From Solirubrobacterales bacterium (lineage in GTDB: Bacteria > Actinomycetota > Thermoleophilia > Solirubrobacterales > 70-9): a stretch of DNA of 64,000 nt. Both the position numbers and the translations under genes were made by a program. The notes beneath the pieces were generated by a model. It was not told the DNA's origin, searched no databases, and was given only the letters and a program-made list of their open reading frames with translations. Positions within the stretch are counted from its first letter, which is position 1. Every line of letters begins with the position of its first letter. Where the stretch lies: assembly GCA_035940865.1 (NCBI GenBank), contig DASZEL010000002.1:75592-139591 (forward strand), read 5' to 3'. This document shows, piece by piece, positions 9,518 through 18,060 of the stretch.

Positions 9518-9991
9518 ATGGCCGCCATGCGCAGCGCCGGCATCCTTCTCTTCCGCCGCAATGGCGGCGAGACGGAGTTCCTCCTCGTCCATCCGGGCGG
9601 GCCGTTTTGGGCAAAAAAGGACGCCGGCGCCTGGTCGATCCCAAAGGGCCAGATCGAGGGCGAGGAGGAGCCGCGCGCCTGCGCGATCCGCGAGCTCGAA
9701 GAGGAGCTGGGGGAGGCGCCCGAACTCGACCCCGAACAGCTGATCGAGCTCGGCTCGATCCGCCAGCGGGCCGGCAAAGTGGTCGAAGCGTGGGCCGTCG
9801 AGGCCGAATTCGACCCTGCGGTTCTGGCTAGCAACACTTTCGCGATGGAGTGGCCGCCCCGCAGCGGCAGGCAGCAGGAGTTCCCGGAGGTCGACCGGGC
9901 GGAGTGGTTCGACCTGGAGACGGCTCGGGAGAAGATCCTGCCGGCGCAGGCGGAGTTTCTCGATCGGTTGCTTGAGCATCTGGACGGCTGA
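9518..9991 (+). CDS. NUDIX hydrolase
   Basis: In-frame ATG at 9518. It carries the Nudix box PKGQIEGEEEPRACAIRELEEELG (GX5EX7REUXEEXGU). Confidence 0.85.
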   Translation: MAAMRSAGILLFRRNGGETEFLLVHPGGPFWAKKDAGAWSIPKGQIEGEEEPRACAIRELEEELGEAPELDPEQLIELGSIRQRAGKVVEAWAVEAEFDPAVLASNTFAMEWPPRSGRQQEFPEVDRAEWFDLETAREKILPAQAEFLDRLLEHLDG

Positions 9992-10012
9992 GGGACGGAG
10001 GTTTGCTTGTAG

Positions 10013-10128
10013 GGAGGGGTGGGTGTCCCCTGACCTCCCTGGGTTGCTGGCCTCTAAGTAGCCGTCTCTCGCCGAGTGGTCTGTGCCAGCAACAGGACGC
10101 CGGTCGGCCAGGGGACACCCACCCCTCC
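10013..10128. repeat. Perfect 20-bp inverted repeat (GGAGGGGTGGGTGTCCCCTG / CAGGGGACACCCACCCCTCC) enclosing a 76-nt spacer with an inner stem
   Basis: Read directly from the sequence: arms at 10013-10032 and 10109-10128, inner complementary 8-mers GTTGCTGG (10043-10050) and CCAGCAAC (10086-10093). It sits in the convergent intergenic region between the NUDIX and DUF389 genes. Confidence 0.8.
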
Positions 10129-10227
10129 GAGCAACACGTCTTGGCAGACGCTCTTCCACGAATCCGCGAGAAGTCGTGCTCTACCCGACCTGTCGCGGAC
10201 TCGCGGGTGAGCAGCTCCCCCGCAGCC

Positions 10228-11136
10228 CTAGATCGGGGTGCCGGAGCGGTTCGGGAGGAAGCGCTGGACGAGCAGGGTCAGGGTGCCGCCGACGATCAGG
10301 AGGGCGACGTTGATGGCGAGGACGACGAGGGCACCGAGGGCGTGCTCGATGCCGCCGCCGCCGATCGCGACGCCGAGGTAGGCGGAGGCGGGGATCGTCG
10401 TTACCGAGATCGCCACTCCGACCGCCGTGCTCGCCCGGGTCTCGAAGGAGAGCATGCCGGCGACGCCGGCAGCGAGGGCGATCAGGACCGTCGAGTAGTC
10501 GGTCTTGGCGAGGGTGCTGAGGCTGCTCTGCTCGACCGCGAAGTCGTCGGGCAGGAAGCCGGTCAGGTTGAGCAGCCCGCTCAGCACCGCGGCGGTGACG
10601 ACCACCAGGCCGAGGCCGAGGGTGAGGGTGACGAAGGCGCGGCGGGCGAGGTCGGAGTTGCCGCGGACGAGGCCGACCGAGGTGGCGCAGATCGGCAGCA
10701 GGTCGGGGCTGACCGCCATCGCGCCGACGATCAGGATCGAGCTGCTGGTGATGACGCCGAGGGCGGCGATCACGGCGGCGACGTTGATCAGCGCCAGGTA
10801 GCGCGCCAGCGGCCGCGAGTTGGCCCGCGCCTGGCCGAGGATTTCGACCCAGGCGAACCCGTCGACGCCGCCTTCGCCGTGTTCGTGGTGGTGCTGGGGG
10901 GCGACCACGTCGACCCTGGTGAGGACGTAGTCGTCGACGCCGATGCCGAGCCGGTGGATCTCCTCGACGAGCCGGTCGGCGCAGCTCGGCTCGACGTCGG
11001 CGACGAAGACGTGGGCCTCGTGGCCGACAGCTTCGTCGGCCTGCTGGACGACTCGCCGCACTCCCTTCAGCTCCCGCAGCAGCGCTCCGAACTCGTCGGC
11101 CCGGTGATGGGCGACCGAGGAGCGCAGCCTCAGCAT
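10228..11136 (-). CDS. DUF389 family membrane protein
   Basis: A soluble N-terminal domain is followed by multiple TM segments with the DUF389-like motif ILIVGAMAVSPDLLPI. It starts 7 nt after the greA stop. Confidence 0.6.
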   Translation of the reverse strand: MLRLRSSVAHHRADEFGALLRELKGVRRVVQQADEAVGHEAHVFVADVEPSCADRLVEEIHRLGIGVDDYVLTRVDVVAPQHHHEHGEGGVDGFAWVEILGQARANSRPLARYLALINVAAVIAALGVITSSSILIVGAMAVSPDLLPICATSVGLVRGNSDLARRAFVTLTLGLGLVVVTAAVLSGLLNLTGFLPDDFAVEQSSLSTLAKTDYSTVLIALAAGVAGMLSFETRASTAVGVAISVTTIPASAYLGVAIGGGGIEHALGALVVLAINVALLIVGGTLTLLVQRFLPNRSGTPI

Positions 11137-11143
11137 CCCTGGG

Positions 11144-11629
11144 TCACGCGAGGAGCTTGACGACCTTGAAGGAGCGGTCGCCTTTCGGCGTCTCGACGGT
11201 CACCGTTGAGCCCACCCTGGCGTCCATCAGCGCCCGCCCGATCGGCGACTCGGCCGAGAGCCGGCCCTCGGCGAGGTTGGCCTCGGTCGAGCCGACCAGG
11301 GTCCACTCGTTGGTCTCGCCTTTGGACTCGTCGAGCACCTCGGCGGTCCGGCCGAAGGAGAAGACGTCTGAGTCGAGCTCGGAGACCTCGACGACGACGG
11401 CGTTGCGCAGTCGTTCCTGGAGCCGCTTGATCCGCGTCTCCATGTGCGCCTGGTCCTCTTTGGCGACGTGATACTCGGCGTTCTCCTTGAGGTCGCCCTC
11501 CTCGCGGGCGACCTTGATCCGCTCGGCCATCCGCTGCCGGGCCGGGCCTTCCAGCTCGGCCAGTTCCGCTTTCAGCTCTTCGATTCCGGCCTGCGTGATC
11601 GGCTCGCCGGTCTGCTCCTGAGGGGTCAC
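11144..11629 (-). CDS. greA: Transcription elongation factor GreA
   Basis: N-terminal coiled coil (GIEELKAELAELE..., EGDLKENAEYHVAKEDQAHMETRIKRLQERL) and a C-terminal FKBP-like domain (SPIGRALM...VGSTVTVETPKG). Confidence 0.92.
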   Translation of the reverse strand: MTPQEQTGEPITQAGIEELKAELAELEGPARQRMAERIKVAREEGDLKENAEYHVAKEDQAHMETRIKRLQERLRNAVVVEVSELDSDVFSFGRTAEVLDESKGETNEWTLVGSTEANLAEGRLSAESPIGRALMDARVGSTVTVETPKGDRSFKVVKLLA

Positions 11630-11649
11630 AGGCCGAAGCGTGCCAGATA

Positions 11650-12990
11650 TCAGTCTCCGGACGCGGTTTCGGTGGCGATGAAGGCCGAGGCGAAGGAGCG
11701 GACCTTCTTCCCTTCGGCCTCGCCCAGCGGCGTCAACCCGAACAGCTCGTCGATCGAGCGCAGCAGGGAGTAGGGCGTATAGAGAGCGCCGTCGGTTCCG
11801 CCCGGCGTCAGCAGGGGCGAGACCAGCAGCGCGCCGACCTTCAGCGGGTCGACCGGCGCCGCGGCGGGGTCAGCCGGGGGCGCCCCCACTTCGGGCTGGG
11901 CCGCGCCGAAGCTGACGATCAGCAGGCCGTCCTGCTTGTAGGCGGGGGAGGAGAGGATCCCCGGCACTACCTCGCCGAGCCAGGCGTCGGCTGCGGCGGC
12001 GCCGTCCGCGGTCCCTTCCGGGCACTGGCCGCGGAAGCCGCTGTCGCAGAGGTTCGGGGCGATGTAGCTGAAGTTGGCGGTCGAGTCGGGTTTCTTCAGA
12101 TCGCTTGCCAGCTCGCTCAGCGGCACGTCGTTGGTGGCGCAGTCGCCGAGGTCGAGCAGCGAGTGGAAGTAGACGAAGGGGTTGAGCTTCGCCGCGTAGC
12201 CGCCGGTCGGTGGCGCTTCCGCCGCGTCGGGTTCGGGGTGGACGCAGCTGCCCGGTTTGCCTTCGGAGTCGGCCATGTCCCCGAGGTAGGCGTGCCAGGT
12301 GAAGCGGCCGGCGCTGAGCTGGTCGGCGAGGCTCAGCGTTTCGACCGGGAACAGGCACTTTTCGTACTCCGGGCAATCGGCTTCCGAAGCGGCGCCGGGT
12401 CTCTGCCCCCCGATCGCCGCGAACCCGTTGGCGAGCGAGGCCTCGTCGAGAAGCGAGTAACCGGTCAGCAGCACGCCCTGCTGGCGCAGCGCCCCGGAGA
12501 GGTACGGCATCTGCGAGGTCGCGCCGAAGGCGGCCTCGTAGCCGGGGCTCGCCAGCGAGATCAGGAAGACGTGCTCGACCGGGCCGGCTTCCGGCAGTTC
12601 CGGTTCGCTCGGCGGCGGCGCCACCGGCGTTTCCGGCCTGGAGCTGGGGAGGGATTCGGGCGCTGCCGAGGGAGCCGATGCGGGAAGCGGTTCGGAGGAG
12701 GTCGTTTCCGCGCTCGGTGCCGGTTCCGGGGAGGGTGAGGGGGAGAAGGATTCTTCCGGCGCGGCCGCGGGAGCTTGCGCCGTCGTCACCGCCGCCGGCT
12801 GCTGGTCGAACAGGCCGGCCACCGCGGCGGCGGCGACCGGGCCGATGCCGCCGGAGCCGGTCAGCGCCGAGGCGACGATGCCGCTGGTCGCGATCAGCGA
12901 GGAGGCGACCAGGAGGCCGAATTTCTTGCCGGTGACGGTCGCCGCACCGGCGATCAGCTTCTGCAGGGAGGCGTAGAAGGCGACCTTCAT
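11650..12990 (-). CDS. Membrane-anchored secreted phosphoesterase-like protein (PLC/AcpA phosphoesterase family-like)
   Basis: ATG at 12990 shares one base with the upstream stop (TGATG). An N-terminal TM segment and an Ala/Pro-rich linker precede a catalytic-domain-like region (VFLISLASPGYEAAFG, NPFVYFHSL, NFSYIAPNLCDSG). The family call is by eye and only moderately certain. Confidence 0.5.
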   Translation of the reverse strand: MKVAFYASLQKLIAGAATVTGKKFGLLVASSLIATSGIVASALTGSGGIGPVAAAAVAGLFDQQPAAVTTAQAPAAAPEESFSPSPSPEPAPSAETTSSEPLPASAPSAAPESLPSSRPETPVAPPPSEPELPEAGPVEHVFLISLASPGYEAAFGATSQMPYLSGALRQQGVLLTGYSLLDEASLANGFAAIGGQRPGAASEADCPEYEKCLFPVETLSLADQLSAGRFTWHAYLGDMADSEGKPGSCVHPEPDAAEAPPTGGYAAKLNPFVYFHSLLDLGDCATNDVPLSELASDLKKPDSTANFSYIAPNLCDSGFRGQCPEGTADGAAAADAWLGEVVPGILSSPAYKQDGLLIVSFGAAQPEVGAPPADPAAAPVDPLKVGALLVSPLLTPGGTDGALYTPYSLLRSIDELFGLTPLGEAEGKKVRSFASAFIATETASGD

Positions 12991-13346
12991 CAGGCGCTCA
13001 CCACCAGGGAGCTGCCGCACTGCGGGCAGAAGCGGTCGGCCCGGCCGAAGGGGGCGTTGCAGGTGGGGCAGTGGCCGGCGGCGTCGGTGCGTTCGAGCTC
13101 GAGCAGGCGCTCGACCGTAAGCAGCTCGGCGTCGACCCGCTGCAGCTCGGCCGCCTTGCGGGTGAGGACGTCCAGCCGCACGTGGTCGCGGATCGCCATC
13201 TCGTAGAAGGCGCCGCCGAGGTCGGCCTGCATCACCGTGAACTTCTCCAGTAGGCGGTCGCGCTGGGTCTGCAGCTCCCTGCTCTCGGCGGATATCTCCG
13301 GAACGGGTTTCGGCTCCTCTTTGCGCGGCAGCTTCAGCTTGATCAC
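12990..13346 (-). CDS. Coiled-coil protein with a C-terminal zinc ribbon
   Basis: GTG at 13346 overlaps the upstream stop (GTGA). The C-terminal CPTCNAPFGRADRFCPQCG is a CxxC...CxxC zinc ribbon. This is only the last 118 codons of the 713-aa track ORF. Confidence 0.6.
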   Translation of the reverse strand: MIKLKLPRKEEPKPVPEISAESRELQTQRDRLLEKFTVMQADLGGAFYEMAIRDHVRLDVLTRKAAELQRVDAELLTVERLLELERTDAAGHCPTCNAPFGRADRFCPQCGSSLVVSA

Positions 13347-14011
13347 GGTTCCACCCCCGACGGGCTCGGCGCCGTGCTGCCGCCTTCGCCGCCGACGACG
13401 ATCACGTCCGGCAGGTTCTGCTGGGCCTTGATGTAGTTTTCGCCCGTCTGTTCGGGGTTTTCTTCGACCAGCTTGGTGTCTTCGGCTTCCTTCTCCTCGG
13501 ACGCTTTGAAGTTGGTCACTTCGTGGACGTCGCCGTTGGAGGTGTGGGCAACCACTTTTTCCTCGGGCTTGGCGTTGGCTTTCTCGCCTTTGGCCGCTTT
13601 TTTCTTCGTCCCTTTCGGGGTGGCGGTCGTTGCGGCGGCCGTCGTCGGTCCCGCGGCGACGCTGGCGGTCGTCGCCTGCCGTTCCCGCAGCGCCTTCAGC
13701 AGCGCCTCTTCGTCGCCGCCAGAGCCGTTGTGGCCGATCATGACGCCGATCGCAACCGCGACCGGCAGCAGGGCGAAGAAGCCGACCGCCGCGGCGCGGC
13801 TGGTCGGGCTCTGCTTCGCCGCCGGTCGCACCAGCGGCGGCCGTGCCCGTTTGCTCATCGTCGCGAAGTAGCGCGAGGAGGGGTTGGCGCCGTTGCCGCG
13901 TCGGGCCGCGCAGTGGACGCAGTAGCGCTGCTGCGGGTCCATCGGCGCCCCGCACTCCTCGCATGGTTCGTGCGCCTGCGGCCTGCGTACTTCCTCCATC
14001 TGCGCGCTCAT
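13343..14011 (-). CDS. Zinc-ribbon membrane protein with a Lys/Glu-rich extracytoplasmic tail
   Basis: N-terminal CEECGAPMDPQQRYCVHC zinc ribbon, a single TM segment (AAVGFFALLPVAVAIGVMIG), and an ATGA overlap with the upstream small gene. Confidence 0.55.
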   Translation of the reverse strand: MSAQMEEVRRPQAHEPCEECGAPMDPQQRYCVHCAARRGNGANPSSRYFATMSKRARPPLVRPAAKQSPTSRAAAVGFFALLPVAVAIGVMIGHNGSGGDEEALLKALRERQATTASVAAGPTTAAATTATPKGTKKKAAKGEKANAKPEEKVVAHTSNGDVHEVTNFKASEEKEAEDTKLVEENPEQTGENYIKAQQNLPDVIVVGGEGGSTAPSPSGVEP

Positions 14012-14220
14012 CCCTTCCCCTTCTCGTGCTTGTGGTGGTGCTTTTGGGTGTGCTTCTTCTTGGCCTGGCGCTTGGCGCGGGCGTCGAGGATGCGTTCGGA
14101 TTCGGCCCGCTGGGCGGCGGCTTTTTCCTGGGTCGTCTCGCAGCCGGCGAGGCTGCCGGCTGCGAGGGCGCCGCAGAGAACGAGGACCGCGAGCTGGGGG
14201 GCGCGCTTAGCCGAAGGCAC
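14008..14220 (-). CDS. Small lipoprotein with a His/Lys-rich tail
   Basis: Signal peptide plus lipobox (LAGC) and a C-terminal KKKHTQKHHHKHEKGKG. It overlaps the pstB stop by 14 nt. Confidence 0.45.
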   Translation of the reverse strand: MPSAKRAPQLAVLVLCGALAAGSLAGCETTQEKAAAQRAESERILDARAKRQAKKKHTQKHHHKHEKGKG

Positions 14221-15124
14221 CGCTCACGTACTCCTGGGTCCGTTGCTCGCGGGGCGAGCCGAAGAGCGCGGTGGCGCTGTTGTACTCGACCAGGTCGCCG
14301 AGGTACATGAAGGCGACGTGGTCGGCGATCCGGTAGGCCTGCTGCAGGTTGTGGGTGACGATCACGACCGCAACCTGGTCGCGCAGCCGCACGATCAGGT
14401 CCTCGATCACCTGCGTCGATTTCGGGTCCAGAGCCGAGCAGGGCTCGTCGAGCAGCAGCACCTCGGGCTCTGCCGCCAGCGCCCGGGCGATGCAGAGCCG
14501 CTGCTGCTGGCCGCCGGAGAGTTTCAGCGCCGGATGGTCGAGGTTGTCTTTGACCTCCTCGAAGAGGCCGGCGCGGTCGAGAGCGCTGTGGACGGCGGGC
14601 TCCAGCGCCTTCTTGCGTGCCCGCCGCGAGCCCTGCTCGCGCAGGACGTAGGCGATGTTGTCGAAGACGCTCATCGGGAACGGGTTCGGCTGCTGGAAGA
14701 CCATCGTCACCCGGCGCCGCAGCAGGGTCGGCTCGATCTCGGTGATGTCGACGTCGTCGAGCAGGATGCGACCGCTGAGGGTGGCGCTCGAGGTCAGCTC
14801 GGTGAGGCGGTTGAGCGAGCGCAGCAGCGTCGTCTTGCCGCAGCCCGAGGGGCCGATCAGCGAGAGGACCTCGCCCTGGCGGACCGGCAGCGAGACGCGT
14901 TTGACGGCTTCTTTGGCCCCGTAGTGGACGGAGACGTCGTCGATCTCCATTCGCCGGATCGAGAACTGCGGCGCCTTGATCGAGCGTTTGGCGGCGGTGA
15001 AGCCGCTTCCCTGCTGCGGCGCATGGCCGTTGCCGTTGGTAGCCGGCGGCAGGACCTCCGTTGCCGCCGCGGGGTCCTCGAGCGGGATCCGCCGGATCGG
15101 CGGCGGGTAGATCAGTGGCTCCAC
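14207..15124 (-). CDS. pstB: Phosphate ABC transporter ATP-binding protein PstB (with an N-terminal extension)
   Basis: Walker A GPSGCGKTT, signature LSGGQQQR, Walker B LLLDEP, and the PstB-typical TLLRSLNRL. The GTG at 15124 overlaps the pstA stop. An alternative ATG at 14950 would remove the roughly 58-aa extension. Confidence 0.9.
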   Translation of the reverse strand: MEPLIYPPPIRRIPLEDPAAATEVLPPATNGNGHAPQQGSGFTAAKRSIKAPQFSIRRMEIDDVSVHYGAKEAVKRVSLPVRQGEVLSLIGPSGCGKTTLLRSLNRLTELTSSATLSGRILLDDVDITEIEPTLLRRRVTMVFQQPNPFPMSVFDNIAYVLREQGSRRARKKALEPAVHSALDRAGLFEEVKDNLDHPALKLSGGQQQRLCIARALAAEPEVLLLDEPCSALDPKSTQVIEDLIVRLRDQVAVVIVTHNLQQAYRIADHVAFMYLGDLVEYNSATALFGSPREQRTQEYVSGAFG

Positions 15125-16077
15125 GTTCCAACCTTTCTGGCGCGGCGGTGGACGACGTCGACGGCCGCGTTCAGGGCCAGGACCATCAGCAGCAGGACGA
15201 AAGCCGCCGCGTAGGCTTTCTGCGGCTGGTTGAGGTTCCCGGTGGGGGAGGCCTCGTAGACGAAGTTGGTGAGGGTGGTGCCGGCGCCGCGCAGGTAGTC
15301 GAGCGGGAAGCCGACGCCTTCGACCGGGGCGAAGTTCTGGGTGGCGCCGAGAAGGACGACGATGATCGCGGTGTCGCCGATGATCCGGCCGAGGCCGAGC
15401 ATGGCGCCGGTCGCGACCTGCGGGCGGCAGGTCGGCAGCAGGATCCGCCGCGTCGTCGCCGCTTTCGTCTTGCCGACTGCGTAGGAGGCCTCGCGCACGT
15501 GGCGCGGGATCGAGTTCAGCCCCTCGCGGACGCTGGCGACGATCAGCGGCAGCGCCACCAGCGAGAGCATCGCCGAGGCGGCGAAGAAGGAGCGGCCGAA
15601 GACGACGCCTTCAGAGGTGCGGCTGAGGAAGCCGAGGGCGGTCGAGGAGAAGATCACCGTGCCGAAGAGGGCGAGAACGATCGAGGGGATGCCGGCGATC
15701 GCCTCGATCGTCGATTCGGTGATCCGCGCCAGCGCCGTCGGGCGGCCGTACTCGACCAGCCAGACCGCGATCGCGATCCCGGTCGGGAGCGCGATCGCGA
15801 TCCCCATCAGGGCGACGATCATCGTCCCGAAGAGGGCGTCGGAGAAGCCGCCGGTTTCGGTCTCGTCGAAGCCGGCGGCCGCCGGCGTCCAGAGCATCTC
15901 CGGGCGCAGGAACTTGATCCCCTGGACCAGCAGGTAGACGACGATTGCCACCGCGATCGCGCAGAAGAGCAGCCCGAGCGCCCAGCAGATCGCCAGGCCG
16001 ATGCGGTCGCTGAGGCTCCAGGTGGCGCTGCCCTCGACCGCGCCCTTCTCCTTGCTCTTGTCCTTCAACAGCAGCAT
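15112..16077 (-). CDS. pstA: Phosphate ABC transporter permease PstA
   Basis: ATG at 16077 shares one base with the pstC stop. It is a six-TM permease with the EAA-like loop (VREASYAVGKTKAATTRRILLP). It is the 3' third of a 640-aa track ORF. Confidence 0.88.
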   Translation of the reverse strand: MLLLKDKSKEKGAVEGSATWSLSDRIGLAICWALGLLFCAIAVAIVVYLLVQGIKFLRPEMLWTPAAAGFDETETGGFSDALFGTMIVALMGIAIALPTGIAIAVWLVEYGRPTALARITESTIEAIAGIPSIVLALFGTVIFSSTALGFLSRTSEGVVFGRSFFAASAMLSLVALPLIVASVREGLNSIPRHVREASYAVGKTKAATTRRILLPTCRPQVATGAMLGLGRIIGDTAIIVVLLGATQNFAPVEGVGFPLDYLRGAGTTLTNFVYEASPTGNLNQPQKAYAAAFVLLLMVLALNAAVDVVHRRARKVGTWSH

Positions 16078-17069
16078 CAGGGGGCCAGGTACTTCCGCAT
16101 CGCTCGCCGCGCGGTCCAGCCGGCGAAGGAGAACATCGCCGCCGAGAAGAGCAGCACCGCGGCGATCGAGAACAGGGTTGCGTTGAAGGGGGGTGAGCTG
16201 AGCTGGTCGATGTTCTTGACGATCGTCGGGCCCAGCGGCCGCGAGGGCTCGTAGATGAAGATCAGCCCGTCGGCGGGGTTGGGCGCGAAGGCGACCGAGC
16301 CGGAGATCATCGCCAGCATCACCGCCTCGCCGATCGCCCGGGCGATCGCCAGCACGGTGCCGGCGACGATCGCCGGGCGGGCGCTGCGGACGCCGATCTT
16401 CCACATCGTCCGCCAGCGGTTGACGCCGAGGCCGAGCGAGCCCTCGATCCAGCCCGGTTTCACCGCCCGCAGTCCGTCGCTGAAGATCGAGACCATGATC
16501 GGGGCGATCATCAGCGTCAGCACGAGGACCGCCGCCAGGAGGCTGTAGCCGGTCAGCGAGATGACCCCGGCGACCGAGGCCTTCTGCTCCTCGGTGACCA
16601 GGTGGTTGCCGATGAACGGCACCAGGACCAGGACCCCCAGCAGGCCGTAGATGACCGAGGGGACGCTGGCCAGGAAGCGGATCACCGGCTGGAGGATGTT
16701 GCTCATCCACTCCGGCGCGAACTCGACGATGAAGACGGCAACGAAGAGCGCCGAGGCGAGGGCGATCAGGACCGCCCCGCCGGTGATCAGCAGCGTGCTC
16801 CAGATCAGTGGCCAGGCATGGAAGGTGTAGACGAATTCGCCGCTGGTCTGGGCCGAGAGTGAGATCTCGTTGAGCTGCTCTTCGACATCGCCGCCGGCGC
16901 TGAACCAGGCGAGGCCGTTGTGGGCGAACGACGGCCAGGCGTGGACGAAGACGGTGACGATCAGCGCCAGCAGCAGCGCGACGACGCCGCAAACCAGCGC
17001 GCCGAGCATCCGCTCGACGCGCTGGTCGGACCACTTCGGCCCGTACTCCTCGGTGAACTGCTCGTCCAA
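16077..17069 (-). CDS. pstC: Phosphate ABC transporter permease PstC
   Basis: Permease with the EAA loop (GSLGLGVNRWRTMWKIGVRSARPAI). I prefer the TTG at 17069, preceded by GAAGGA, just downstream of the pstS stop. The track start at 17156 would overlap pstS by 80 nt. Confidence 0.85.
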   Translation of the reverse strand: MDEQFTEEYGPKWSDQRVERMLGALVCGVVALLLALIVTVFVHAWPSFAHNGLAWFSAGGDVEEQLNEISLSAQTSGEFVYTFHAWPLIWSTLLITGGAVLIALASALFVAVFIVEFAPEWMSNILQPVIRFLASVPSVIYGLLGVLVLVPFIGNHLVTEEQKASVAGVISLTGYSLLAAVLVLTLMIAPIMVSIFSDGLRAVKPGWIEGSLGLGVNRWRTMWKIGVRSARPAIVAGTVLAIARAIGEAVMLAMISGSVAFAPNPADGLIFIYEPSRPLGPTIVKNIDQLSSPPFNATLFSIAAVLLFSAAMFSFAGWTARRAMRKYLAP

Positions 17070-17076
17070 CGTCCTT

Positions 17077-17904
17077 CTACTTCTTGTTGAACGCGGGGAC
17101 GCCGCCGGCTTTGAGGATCGTCGCCCCGGCGAGCGGGCTGCGACGCGCCCAGTCAATGAACTTGAGCAGCGCTTTCGGGCTCGAGCTTCCGTCGCCGGGG
17201 AGGACGAGGAAGATGTAGCGCGAGAGCGGGTACTTCAGCGGCTCGACGCTGATCTTGCTGGCTTTGCAAGGGACGCCGTTGACCTTGAGCGGCTTCAGCC
17301 CCTTCTTCTGCCAGGCGAGACCGGCGTAGCCGATCGCGTTCGGGTCCTGCTTGACCGCGTTGACAACGAGGCCGTCGGCGGTCAGGGCGTTGACGTTGGA
17401 CGCGGGCGGCTCGTTGTTGAGCACGGCCTGGAGGAAGAAGTTGTAGGTCCCTCCGTTGGTGTCGCGGCCGACCGGGTCGATCGTCGTGGTCAGGTTCGAG
17501 CCGCCGACCTGGCTCCAGTTGGTCAGCAGGCCGCGGTAGATGTCGTGGGTCTGCTGGACCGAGATGTTGCTGAGGCTGTTCTTCGGGTTGACGTCGAGGC
17601 AGAGCCCGTCGAGGTAGAACTTGATGTAGGTCGTACCGGCGTCGCTGGGGAGGGGGGTACGAGCCTGCCCGGCGAACTGGCTGGTCCCGTTCTGGACGTC
17701 TTTGACGCCGGCGTTGCCGCCGTTGGCGGTGTAGACGAAGTGAACCTTCTTGTTGACCTTCTTCGAGTAGGTCGCGAAGAGGGCCTGCAGCACGGGCTGC
17801 GCGGCCACGGAGCCGGAACCGATCAGGGTCACAGCTCCGGCCGACGCCGGCGCAGCGAGCCCCAGGAGGGAGATCGCCGCTATGGCGAGGGTCTTGATTC
17901 TCAT
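17077..17904 (-). CDS. pstS: Phosphate-binding protein PstS
   Basis: ATG at 17904 is preceded by AGGAAAGGA. A signal peptide is followed by TLIGSGSVAAQP, typical of PstS-family periplasmic binding proteins. Confidence 0.85.
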   Translation of the reverse strand: MRIKTLAIAAISLLGLAAPASAGAVTLIGSGSVAAQPVLQALFATYSKKVNKKVHFVYTANGGNAGVKDVQNGTSQFAGQARTPLPSDAGTTYIKFYLDGLCLDVNPKNSLSNISVQQTHDIYRGLLTNWSQVGGSNLTTTIDPVGRDTNGGTYNFFLQAVLNNEPPASNVNALTADGLVVNAVKQDPNAIGYAGLAWQKKGLKPLKVNGVPCKASKISVEPLKYPLSRYIFLVLPGDGSSSPKALLKFIDWARRSPLAGATILKAGGVPAFNKK

Positions 17905-18060
17905 GCGGGGTTGAGTCCTTTCCTGCCGGGTAGGGTAGTGCAAAAAGCACTTTGTTGACCAACTTGATCGCGAAACCGTAGCAGCTTCTGTAGTTTATTG
18001 ACCTCCTTAGTAAAGAAAGGCCTGCCGAAGGGCACCGGCAGCCGGGCGCGGGCCGCAGAC

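Noticed and set aside
10003-11160. 385-aa plus-strand ORF
   Set aside because: It is antisense to the DUF389 gene, Asp/Gly/Arg/Ala-rich and without motifs. The DUF389 frame has clear TM segments.
12990-15131. 713-aa minus-strand ORF
   Set aside because: Only the last 118 codons (12990-13346, GTG start coupled to the upstream stop) look like a real protein. The rest is an Arg/Pro/Gly-rich alternative frame lying over pstB and the two small genes, which have clear motifs in their own frames.
15112-17034. 640-aa minus-strand ORF
   Set aside because: The N-terminal two thirds is a low-complexity Arg/Pro frame lying over pstC. Only 15112-16077 (pstA) is supported.
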